Shown piece by piece: positions 9,556 through 17,270 of a DNA stretch of 34,074 bases. The stretch is taken from NCBI GenBank assembly GCA_050735855.1, contig JBOHWA010000449.1:1-34074 (forward strand), given 5' to 3'. Position numbers and translations under genes: made by a program. The DNA is from Candidatus Binatia bacterium (GTDB taxonomy: Bacteria > Desulfobacterota > Binatia > HRBIN30 > CADEER01). How positions within the stretch are numbered: position 1 is the first letter of the stretch; each line of letters opens with the position of its first letter. The notes below the pieces were generated by a model that was not told the DNA's origin, searched no databases, and worked only from the letters and a program-made list of their open reading frames with translations.

Positions 9556-10455
9556 ATGAATGATCCCACGTCGTCCCGCGCCCTGCTCGCCGCCGGCGAC
9601 GCCCTGCTGTTCATCGACCGCAAGGAGCGCGAGTACATGCGCATCCTGCGCGCCGGCGCGCGCATGCACATCCGCAGTGGCTACCTGCTCGCCGACGACC
9701 TGATCGGCCAGCCGGAAGGGCGCGAGGTGCGCAACAGCGGTGGCGAGACGTTCATCATCCTGCGCCCGACCTATGCGACGCTGATCCCGAACCTGCCGCG
9801 CAAGGCGCAGGTCATCTACCCCAAGGACATCGGCCCGATCCTGCTGTGGGGCGACATCGGGCCGGGGATGCGCGTCTTCGAGGTCGGCACCGGCCCCGGC
9901 GCGCTCACTATCGCCATGCTGCGCGCCGTCGGCCCGACCGGCGAGGTGATCTCCTACGAGGTGCGTCCGGAGTTCATCGACATGGCGCGCGGCAACGTGG
10001 CGCAGTTCTTCGGCGCGGCGCCCAACTGGACGATCAAGCTGCGCGACATCGCCGACGGCATCGAGGAGCGCGATCTCGACCGCATGGTGCTCGATCTGGC
10101 CGAGCCGTGGGCGGTGCTGCCGGCGGCCGCCGCGGCGCTGCGTCCGGGTGGCGTGCTGGTCGCCTACGTCCCGACCGTCATGCAGGTGAAGCAGTTCGTC
10201 GACCAGGCACGCCTGTCGGGCTTCGGTGCCGTGCAATCGATGGAGACCCTGATGCGGACCTGGCACATCCAGGGCCTCAGCATTCGTCCCGACCATCGCA
10301 TGATCGCGCACACCGGCTTCATCACCGTCTGCCGCCGCATTCTCGCCGCGCCGCCGCTGGCCACGGCGGACGGGCTTGACGATGCCGACGGGGCGCTCGA
10401 GCCCGACGAGGGAACCGACGCCGACGACGCCGCCGGCGAACCGGTCGCAGATTGA
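9556..10455 (+). CDS. trmI: tRNA (adenine58-N1)-methyltransferase TrmI (GCD14 family)
   Basis: 299-aa ORF with QVIYPKDIGPILLWGDIGPGMRVFEVGTGPGALTIAML (SAM-binding GxGxG), then GEVISYEVRPEF and DRMVLDLAEPW, which is typical of TrmI/Gcd14. Confidence 0.85.
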   Translation: MNDPTSSRALLAAGDALLFIDRKEREYMRILRAGARMHIRSGYLLADDLIGQPEGREVRNSGGETFIILRPTYATLIPNLPRKAQVIYPKDIGPILLWGDIGPGMRVFEVGTGPGALTIAMLRAVGPTGEVISYEVRPEFIDMARGNVAQFFGAAPNWTIKLRDIADGIEERDLDRMVLDLAEPWAVLPAAAAALRPGGVLVAYVPTVMQVKQFVDQARLSGFGAVQSMETLMRTWHIQGLSIRPDHRMIAHTGFITVCRRILAAPPLATADGLDDADGALEPDEGTDADDAAGEPVAD

Positions 10456-10508
10456 TCTCCACGCAGGCGTGTAGTAGCCAAGCCAGTGCTCGTCGATCAG
10501 CTGCGCGC

Positions 10509-11246
10509 ATGACGAAAGACGCGATTCGCCAGAAGGTATGGACCCGGGTGATCACCGCCGGGGTGGCACGCTTCCCGGGCGCGCAGGGACGCGTGCCCAA
10601 CTTCGTCGGCGCCGAGCGCGCCGCGCGCCTGCTCAGTCAGCTGACGATCTGGAAGCGCGCCAAGGTGGTGAAGTGCGACCTGTCGGCCCCGCAGTTGCCA
10701 CTGCGCCGCGCGGCGCTGGCCGACGGCAAGATCCTCTACCTGCCCCTCCCCGGCCTGCGTGCCGAGCGTTGCTTTCTCGAGATCGACCCCAGCCGCCTGG
10801 GCAGCCGCCCCTGGCGGGCGGCCAGCTTGCGCAGCGCGCTGCGCTGGGGGCGGCCGGTGGCCCCGCACGAGCTGCATCCGATCGATCTGGTGGTCGTGGG
10901 CTCGGTCGCCGTCTCCCGGCAGGGGGCGCGCGTCGGACGCGGCAGCGGTGCGGCCGACCTCGAATACGCGTTGCTGCGGCGCGCCGGCAAGGTGCGCGAA
11001 TACACCCCGATCGTCACCACGATCCATCCGCTGCAGCTGGTCGACGATCGCATCACCATGCGGGCGCACGACATCCCGGTCGATTTCCTCATCACGCCCG
11101 ACCAGGTCGTCGCCGCCCCCAGCCTCTACCCCCGCCCGCGCGGCATTCTCTGGGATCTGCTCCCGGACGAACGCATCCGCGCCATCCCGGCTCTGCGCAA
11201 GGGACGGCGCGAAGGCCGCGGGACGCTGACGCCGGGCCAGATCTGA
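10509..11246 (+). CDS. 5-formyltetrahydrofolate cyclo-ligase family protein
   Basis: From the internal ATG at 10509: MTKDAIRQKVW..., RVPNFVGAERAA, PIDLVVVGSVAVSRQGARVGRGSGAADLEYALL and HDIPVDFLITPDQV resemble the 5-FCL fold (COG0212-like). Assigned from memory of family motifs only. Confidence 0.55.
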   Translation: MTKDAIRQKVWTRVITAGVARFPGAQGRVPNFVGAERAARLLSQLTIWKRAKVVKCDLSAPQLPLRRAALADGKILYLPLPGLRAERCFLEIDPSRLGSRPWRAASLRSALRWGRPVAPHELHPIDLVVVGSVAVSRQGARVGRGSGAADLEYALLRRAGKVREYTPIVTTIHPLQLVDDRITMRAHDIPVDFLITPDQVVAAPSLYPRPRGILWDLLPDERIRAIPALRKGRREGRGTLTPGQI

Positions 11247-11321
11247 GCCCCGCGCCGCGGTTGCGTCGCGCCTCGCCGTTCGCTACGGGCGGCCCCCTGA
11301 CTTGCAGAGAAGGATAAGACC

Positions 11322-11753
11322 ATGGCGGACACCCCGCAGAAGAAGGAAAGCGTACTGCCGGCGATCATCGGCTGGGGCGGCCTGGCCGTCTTCACCCTAT
11401 TTTTCGCCTGGATCGTCATCGCCCAGTTGCAGGAGACCGAGGAGTGGCAGAACCGCGGACCGGAAGCGGTGACGCTGGTGAAGACCTTCAAGCCCGACGG
11501 CGCAGACACGCTGGACGATCTCATCAAGGGGTATTCGCTCAAGGCGAAGGCGAAAGACGTCTACGTCGGCGAGTTCACCTGGGACGCCAAGCAGAAGGAA
11601 GGGCCCGAATACGAGGTGACGCTGCTCTACACCGAGGGGGCGAATCACCGCGTCGCCCTCTGGCGCGTCGACCTCGATCAGCAGAGCATCCGCCCGCAGG
11701 GCGACGACGCGGCCAACCTGCCGCAGCGCGCTCGCGACGGCATCGTCGACTGA
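11322..11753 (+). CDS. Hypothetical membrane-anchored protein
   Basis: 143-aa ORF preceded by GAGAAGGATAAG. It has one N-terminal TM segment (LPAIIGWGGLAVFTLFFAWIVIA) and a soluble domain with normal composition. I recognise no family. Confidence 0.5.
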   Translation: MADTPQKKESVLPAIIGWGGLAVFTLFFAWIVIAQLQETEEWQNRGPEAVTLVKTFKPDGADTLDDLIKGYSLKAKAKDVYVGEFTWDAKQKEGPEYEVTLLYTEGANHRVALWRVDLDQQSIRPQGDDAANLPQRARDGIVD

Positions 11754-11771
11754 CTCGCGGCCCCGACGCGC

Positions 11772-12458
11772 TCAACGGGCTCGGCGCGCGAGTGCGCTCA
11801 TCCGTCGGCGCCACATGACCGCCCGCTCGGCGTACGCCTGGACCAGGTACTCCGGGCAGGAATAGACGAAGTAGCGCGTCGCGATGATGATCAGCAGGAA
11901 GTCCTCGGCGCTCCTGGCGAAGTCCTTCGGCCGCGCCGCGGCCAGGTGGCCGTCGGGATTCAGGTCGTTCCTGATCACGCCGTAGATCAGCGCGACCAAC
12001 AGGAACAGCTTCGGCACCAGGCGTACGCCGCGCGAGAACAGCAGGCGTACGTACACATAGAGCATCATCGGTATGTAGGTCGCGAGGGCGCGGAAGCCCT
12101 CCTGCCGCCAGGCATCGAGCAGCGCGGTATCGGCCAGCGCGGTAGCGACGGCGAGCGCCAGATACGGGGCCGCCTGGCGCAGCCATTTCCTCCACCAGTT
12201 GGTCGCCTTGCCAAACATCCATCCGAGCGTCCTGAAGGATTGACGCATGACGGCGATGGCTGACTTGGCCGTCTGACCGATCTGTCGCTCGATCGGTTCG
12301 TCCTGGAGGGCGAAGCCAGTCGGCGGCCACGGGAGGCCGGCGGGCGCGGCCGCCCCGCGCGGGGACAGGTCCAGCGCGGCCATGGGCGCCGGCGTAAGGC
12401 TACTCGTCAGCGTGACCAGGATCGCGACGGCGACCGCAGCACGTCGGGCGCGCGGCAT
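11772..12458 (-). CDS. Hypothetical integral membrane protein
   Basis: I take ATG 12458 inside the 380-aa track ORF. This gives MPRARRAAVAVAILVTLTSSL (signal/TM), then hydrophobic helices (APYLALAVATALADTALL, LATYIPMMLYVYVRLLF, LFLLVALIYGVI). Family not recognised. Confidence 0.45.
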   Translation of the reverse strand: MPRARRAAVAVAILVTLTSSLTPAPMAALDLSPRGAAAPAGLPWPPTGFALQDEPIERQIGQTAKSAIAVMRQSFRTLGWMFGKATNWWRKWLRQAAPYLALAVATALADTALLDAWRQEGFRALATYIPMMLYVYVRLLFSRGVRLVPKLFLLVALIYGVIRNDLNPDGHLAAARPKDFARSAEDFLLIIIATRYFVYSCPEYLVQAYAERAVMWRRRMSALARRAR

Positions 12459-12680
12459 GCGCGCACCCTTCGCAATCCCTCCCAGCGAAGTCAAACCGTG
12501 CCGCACAGCGCCACCAGCGTCGCTGTAGGGACTGCCGGAGCGCGCCATATGCCATCGCTTTGACACAATTCTGCGACCCCTAGTGTCGTACGCCTGGAGA
12601 AACCCTGTGGCATATCGCTTGCTCAGATGCCTTGTCTGCTCGCCATCATGTGGGCGCGAAGGTTTGGAGGCGACGGAGGC

Positions 12681-12917
12681 ATGGACGACAATATGAGCGA
12701 TTTCATCCGACACCTGCGACGGCAATTGGGCATGACGCAGGAAGAGTTCGCCCATTCCCTGGGCATCACCGTCGGCACCGTCAACCGCTGGGAGAACGGC
12801 CGTTTCCGTCCGAGCAAGCTGGCGCGCTCGACGATTCTCGAGTTCGCACGCCGCCATGGGGTGACCGACGGCGAGGCGGCCGTGCCGCCGGCGAACGCAG
12901 ACAAGCCGGTCCACTGA
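12681..12917 (+). CDS. XRE-family helix-turn-helix transcriptional regulator
   Basis: ATG at 12681 is preceded by GGAGGCGACGGAGGC. IRHLRRQLGMTQEEFAHSLGITVGTVNRWENGRFRPS is a classic HTH_3 motif. Confidence 0.75.
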   Translation: MDDNMSDFIRHLRRQLGMTQEEFAHSLGITVGTVNRWENGRFRPSKLARSTILEFARRHGVTDGEAAVPPANADKPVH

Positions 12918-12951
12918 CGGACCGGCGGCGCCCAGGAATCCGGGGGCGTGG

Positions 12952-15372
12952 TCAGGGGGGCAGAACGCGAATGACGATGTTGGCCGGTGGTCCCGGCTGA
13001 CCGATGTTATCGAGCACCCGGGCCGTCAGCGTCGTATCGCCGAGCGGGAAGGCGAACTCCGCGCCGACCCCGGGGTTGGTGCAGAACTGGATGCGTGACG
13101 CCGGCGAGACGAAGCCGTCGACCTGGAAGTGATCGCGGGTACAGGCGACGGTCGACGCGCTGCGCACATCGAAACGGCAGCTCAGGTCATTGATCGCGTT
13201 GCTCACCGCTTGTGAGCCGCCGAAGACCGGCGGTGCGACGGCCGGCACGCCACCCACCACCTGGCTGGCGCCGGCGTCGCACACCACGGCGCTGCCGTTG
13301 CCAAGCGGCCGCGAGGTGACGATCTGGAAGTCCGGCAGGACGGCCGGATTGGTCGAATCGCTGTTGAACGTCTTCGTGCCAAGCGGCCGGCCGCTGATGC
13401 CGGGCTTGGCCTCGAAATAGATCAGAAAGCCGCTCGCCGGGCGCAGGAAGGTCGGATAGCCGAAATCGTTCGGGCCGATCGACGCGACCGGCAGCCCGTC
13501 GGCGCGGGCGACGCCGAACGCCGTGACCTCACCGCCGATGGTGCGGAAGGTGGGCGTCACCGTCGACGTCAGCACCGGCGTCCGGGTTGGCGTGGGCGTT
13601 CGCGACGGCGTCCAGGTGAGCGTCCGGGTCGCCGTCGCCGTACCGGTACGCGTCGGCGTCCCCGTGCGGGTCCCGGTCGCGGTGCCGGTCGCCGTCACCG
13701 TGCGGGTGGCGGTCGTCGTGCCGATCAGCGTCGGCGAGCGGCTCGGCGTGCGGGTAACCGACGCGGTGCTGGTCGCGGTGATGGTCGCCGTGGCGCTGGG
13801 GCTGCGGGTCGGGGTCGCGATCGCGGTGGCCGAGGCGGTCGCGGTTGCGGTGCGCGACGCGGTCGCCGTGGGCGTCGCGGTCACCGTCGCGCTGACCGTG
13901 CTGGTGCTGGAAGGCGAGTTGATCGCCGTGCGCGTGCGGGTCGCGGAGGCGGTGCTCGTCGCCACCGGCGTCGGCGAAATGAGCGGGGTCTTGCTGGCGG
14001 TCGCGGTGCGGGCCAGCGTCGGCGTCCGGGTCGGGCTGGCCGTGCGCGTCGACGTGCGCGTCCAGGTCGACGTCGGCATGGGTGTTACGGTCGCCGCGGG
14101 CGGGCCGGTGCGGGTCGGCGAGCTCGTTCGCGTCATGGTCGCGCTGCGCGTCGGGCTCGCCGTCCGAGTCGCCGTCGCCTGCACCGAGCCGGACGGCTGC
14201 GCCGTCGCCGTCGCGGTTCGCGTGCGGGTCGTGCTGCGCGTCGGGCTGGGCGTCGGGCTCGGACTGATGGTGCGGGTTGGGCTGGGCGGCACGACGCCAC
14301 CGGTGGCAGTGCGCGACGGCGTCGCGGTGCGGGTCGCGGTCGCGGTCCGACTCCCAGTCGCGCTGCGGGTGGCGCTGGCGGTGCGCGTGGCGGTCGGGGT
14401 GGCCGTGCCCTCCGGGGTCTCAACGGTCTGCACCTCCGTGGGCGTCAGCGTGCGGGTCGGGCGCGCCGTCGTCACCGGGGTCGGGGTGCGCGTCGGCGTC
14501 TCGGTGCGCGTTCCGGTGCGTGTCCGCGTCGAGGTGGGCCCCGCCGTGCCGGCTTCGGTCGGCGATGACAGCGGGGTCGCCGTCCTCGTCGCGGTCGCCG
14601 TCACTACGCCGGTCGCCGTCCTGGTTGCGGTCGCGGTCCTGCTGCCGGTCGCCGTCCTGGTCCCGGTCCTGGTCACAGTCGCTACCCGGGTCCCGGTCAC
14701 CGTCACCGTCACAGTCACAGTCGCGGTCGCGGCTTCAGACGGGGTGCGGACGGCTGACCCCGTCGGCACGGCCGTCGCGCTCGGCGTCGCTGACGCGGTG
14801 GCCGCCCCGGTGGGCGTTTCCACCGCAGTCGGCGTGGCGGTAACCGTGCCGGTCGGGGTCGCGTTGTCTGCCGGCGTCACGCTCGGCGTCGGCGACGGGC
14901 CCGTCGTCGCCGTCTCGTCCGGGGACGGGCTGACGCCCGCCGATGCCGTCGCCGTCGCGGTCGCCGTCGGAGCAAACGTTGCCGAGTGGCTCGCCGTCGC
15001 CGTCGGCGTCACCGCCGGCGTCACACTCGCCGTCGCGGTTGACGCCGCCGCGGTGGCACTGACGGTCGGAGTCGGTGCACCCGGGGCGCTGGCAGCGGCA
15101 CTGACATCCGCGGCGCTGACGGAGCCGTCGCCATTCGCATCACCGCACGCCTCGACGGCGCCAAAGAGGGCCCCCACCACCCGTTCGACCCGCACCACCC
15201 GTCCCAGCGCTTCGCACGCCCCTTGGGCCTGCACCGGCCCGGCGCGCCCCGCTACGACGCCCCAGGCGGCCGCAGCGACGATCCACGCCACCACACGGGC
15301 CGCACCAGACCCGACGCTCGGGGGCGTCAGGCCGCGTCGGGCCTGTGGATCGTTCGTACCTCGTGTAGACAC
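12952..15372 (-). CDS. Secreted giant protein TP1: signal peptide, dockerin-like Ca-loop, about 510-aa (T-x)n linker, about 200-aa C-terminal Cys domain
   Basis: The frame is open 12952-15600, but the upstream part overlaps the CheY gene. The first start after the CheY stop is GTG 15372 (VSTRGTNDPQARRGL...VVAWIVAAAAWGVVAGRAGPVQAQG). It contains CGDANGDGSVSAADV, a very long T/A/P/R/S/G low-complexity region, and a globular C-terminus paralogous to 21523-22132. Start is uncertain. Confidence 0.75.
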   Translation of the reverse strand: MSTRGTNDPQARRGLTPPSVGSGAARVVAWIVAAAAWGVVAGRAGPVQAQGACEALGRVVRVERVVGALFGAVEACGDANGDGSVSAADVSAAASAPGAPTPTVSATAAASTATASVTPAVTPTATASHSATFAPTATATATASAGVSPSPDETATTGPSPTPSVTPADNATPTGTVTATPTAVETPTGAATASATPSATAVPTGSAVRTPSEAATATVTVTVTVTGTRVATVTRTGTRTATGSRTATATRTATGVVTATATRTATPLSSPTEAGTAGPTSTRTRTGTRTETPTRTPTPVTTARPTRTLTPTEVQTVETPEGTATPTATRTASATRSATGSRTATATRTATPSRTATGGVVPPSPTRTISPSPTPSPTRSTTRTRTATATAQPSGSVQATATRTASPTRSATMTRTSSPTRTGPPAATVTPMPTSTWTRTSTRTASPTRTPTLARTATASKTPLISPTPVATSTASATRTRTAINSPSSTSTVSATVTATPTATASRTATATASATAIATPTRSPSATATITATSTASVTRTPSRSPTLIGTTTATRTVTATGTATGTRTGTPTRTGTATATRTLTWTPSRTPTPTRTPVLTSTVTPTFRTIGGEVTAFGVARADGLPVASIGPNDFGYPTFLRPASGFLIYFEAKPGISGRPLGTKTFNSDSTNPAVLPDFQIVTSRPLGNGSAVVCDAGASQVVGGVPAVAPPVFGGSQAVSNAINDLSCRFDVRSASTVACTRDHFQVDGFVSPASRIQFCTNPGVGAEFAFPLGDTTLTARVLDNIGQPGPPANIVIRVLPP
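13549..15090 (-). repeat. Low-complexity coding repeat encoding the alternating-threonine (T-x)n linker of TP1
   Basis: The translation is dominated by strings such as TRTGTRTATGSRTATATRTATGVVTATATRTATP and TGTATGTRTGTPTRTGTATATRT. It generates spurious V/R/G-rich ORFs on the opposite strand. Confidence 0.8.
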
Positions 15373-15407
15373 CTGCGCACCGGATGAGCAGGCTAAACCT
15401 TCGCTAA

Positions 15408-15791
15408 CTAGCCGCGGTTCAGCAAACGCTCCATCTTCGTGCGCACCACACTGAGGTCGACGATCGGCTTGGCCAGGTAGTCGTCGCACCCGGCCGCCAG
15501 TGCCTTCTGTTCGTCCCCCGCCATCGCCTGGGCCGTCAGAGCGATGATCGGGATGGTCTTGCCGAACTCGAGCTGGCGTATCTTCTTGGTCGCTTCCCAC
15601 CCGTCCATCACCGGCATCTTCAAGTCCATGAAGATCAGGTCAGGCGGCGGCGGCGTCTGAACGATCACCAACGCCTCTTCCCCGTTGCTCGCCTCGACGA
15701 TCTCGAACTCGCCGATCCGCTTCAGGCGGTAAACCAGGATGCGGCGATTGTCCAGGTTGTCTTCGACGACCAGAATACGCTTCGCTGCCAT
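15408..15791 (-). CDS. Single-domain CheY-like response regulator (receiver only)
   Basis: 127 aa: MAAKRILVVEDNLDNRRIL (acidic pocket DD-equivalent), DLIFMDLKMPVMDG (phospho-acceptor Asp), IIALTAQA and DDYLAKP (conserved Lys). There is no output domain. Confidence 0.9.
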   Translation of the reverse strand: MAAKRILVVEDNLDNRRILVYRLKRIGEFEIVEASNGEEALVIVQTPPPPDLIFMDLKMPVMDGWEATKKIRQLEFGKTIPIIALTAQAMAGDEQKALAAGCDDYLAKPIVDLSVVRTKMERLLNRG

Positions 15792-15852
15792 CCCTACCCT
15801 CGCGTCAACTCCCCTCGGCCGGAGTTACTCTCGTTTACCCGACCGACAGTCG

Positions 15853-15885
15853 AAAAAAAAGGCCGGAGTGGATGCCACTCCGGCC
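15853..15885 (-). terminator. Rho-independent terminator downstream of paralog A
   Basis: Perfect 11-bp stem GGCCGGAGTGG (15861-15871) / CCACTCCGGCC (15875-15885) with a 3-nt loop. On the minus strand it is followed by eight T (plus-strand A8 at 15853-15860). It lies about 30 nt after the stop at 15916. Confidence 0.85.
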
Positions 15886-15915
15886 TTCTGTCAGCTCAAC
15901 AGTTGTACTGCCCGG

Positions 15916-17217
15916 TCACGGCGGGGGCGGGACCGGATCGGGGAACACCGTGCGATACACGGCGTCGCCGCCTTCATGTGTCCCGCGTTGATCGAGGTTG
16001 AACGCCGTGGTGGCCAGAACCGGCCCACCGAGGACTTCGCGGTAGTTCTCGCACGCCACACCCAGCAGACCATAACCGAGCGGCCCGCCGGAACCCTGCA
16101 CGCCACGGATCCTTGTCTGACCCGCAATCGTGCCCTGGATGCCAACGGAGAAGATCGAAAACTCGTCGCCCGTCGGACCGCGCGCCGTATCGATGTCGGA
16201 CAACGTCGTGGCGCGGTAGCACTCGATACGCGCGGAGGTCGAGAAACGCTGCTCGAACTCGTTGTAGACCAGCATCTGGGCCAGCACTTCGAAGTTCGCC
16301 TGCACGTCCGGATCGCCGAGGGCCTCGCTGCACGGCACCAGCGTGAGGTCCGTGTTGACGACGCCGCCGATGTCCGTCTGCGCCCCTTCGAAGAAGTGGT
16401 TGAGCTTCAGCTCCGCCGGGCACGGTGCATAGGTGGCGGCGCAGTCGACATCGCTACCTGTCGGCGCCGCACCGAGGCACAGCGGATCGGCTGCTGCACC
16501 CGTTCCGACCTCGATCGTCTCGAAGCCGATGGCATTGTACGACGCCGCCGTCGTGGTGCCAGGATCCGAACCACCCGGCACCGTGGTCGACACGATCGTC
16601 GCCTCAACCTTGAGGTCGCTGCGCTCGACCGGGATATCGTTCTCGTCTACCTGAACGCACTTCAGCTCGCCACGGAACGGATCCTCGACGACGGCATCAA
16701 TGCCGCCATCCGCTATACCGCCAATGCACACCGGCGGCTCGTCAGGAGGGACCTCGCACGGGACGCCTGTCAAACCAGTCGACGCCAGGAAACCCAGCGG
16801 CTGTCCGGCAGTCAGTGTGACCGTGAAGTCGTTTACGCTCCAACCCGGGACACAGTTCAGCCCCGGTACACCTGCCGCGACACAGTCCGCATTGGTCTCG
16901 CAGATGATCCCGGTATCGGCACAGTGGCTGTTCGCGTTTACCCACCAGCAGTCGACCGTGATGAGATCGAGTTCGTTGGTGTTCGACAGCTGGATCAGCG
17001 TGTCGTACTGCTGCCCACCCGGCAGGACCGCTGGGGTTCCCCCCGTGGTGTGCACCATGATCTTCGGCAGCACGACATAACCGCCCGTCAAATCCGACGC
17101 GGCGCCGAGCGTAGACTGTGCCCGCACCCCACCAGCCGAGCAGATCAGCACAAGTGCCGCAACCAAGCCGATACCGAGCAAGCGGCTGGTGCTTCCCTTG
17201 GCATTCACCGTAAGCAT
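15916..17217 (-). CDS. Secreted cysteine-containing protein, paralog A of an unassigned family
   Basis: ATG 17217 is preceded by AAGGAG. Signal peptide LLGIGLVAALVLICSAGGVRA-QS. It shares seven ordered motifs with B, C and D (for example VVLPKIMV, TLIQLSN, DFTVTLTAGQPLGF, FRGELKCVQVD, SYNAIGF, LTLVPC, LVYNEFEQRFSTS). The track ORF start at 17307 would overlap paralog B. Confidence 0.85.
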   Translation of the reverse strand: MLTVNAKGSTSRLLGIGLVAALVLICSAGGVRAQSTLGAASDLTGGYVVLPKIMVHTTGGTPAVLPGGQQYDTLIQLSNTNELDLITVDCWWVNANSHCADTGIICETNADCVAAGVPGLNCVPGWSVNDFTVTLTAGQPLGFLASTGLTGVPCEVPPDEPPVCIGGIADGGIDAVVEDPFRGELKCVQVDENDIPVERSDLKVEATIVSTTVPGGSDPGTTTAASYNAIGFETIEVGTGAAADPLCLGAAPTGSDVDCAATYAPCPAELKLNHFFEGAQTDIGGVVNTDLTLVPCSEALGDPDVQANFEVLAQMLVYNEFEQRFSTSARIECYRATTLSDIDTARGPTGDEFSIFSVGIQGTIAGQTRIRGVQGSGGPLGYGLLGVACENYREVLGGPVLATTAFNLDQRGTHEGGDAVYRTVFPDPVPPPP

Positions 17218-17270
17218 CTCGTCACTCCTTTCCGTGCCTGAGCGAGCGCGCATGGCGTCCTCCTGACCCC

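Noticed and set aside
6763-10311. 1182-aa minus-strand ORF spanning lysS and running antisense through ttuB, ttuA and trmI
   Set aside because: Only the C-terminal 504 codons (from GTG 8277) look like lysyl-tRNA synthetase. The upstream 650+ residues are R/A/G/H/D-rich with no domain features. They lie antisense to three well-supported plus-strand genes. This is a high-GC open-frame artefact.
13549-15090. Possibility that the periodic repeats in 13.5-15.1 kb and 22.1-23.8 kb are a CRISPR array or non-coding satellite
   Set aside because: There are no constant-length direct repeats alternating with unique spacers. The periodicity is 3/6/18 nt and in frame, and it sits within a single ORF linking a signal peptide to a conserved domain. 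There are no cas genes.
13523-15454. 643-aa plus-strand ORF of VRVGVAV-type repeats (and smaller ORFs 14082-14843)
   Set aside because: It is the reverse-complement reading of the Thr-rich (ACS/GCS/CGS) linker of TP1. It has no start context, no globular region and no signal peptide. The minus-strand frame connects a signal peptide to a conserved C-terminal domain.
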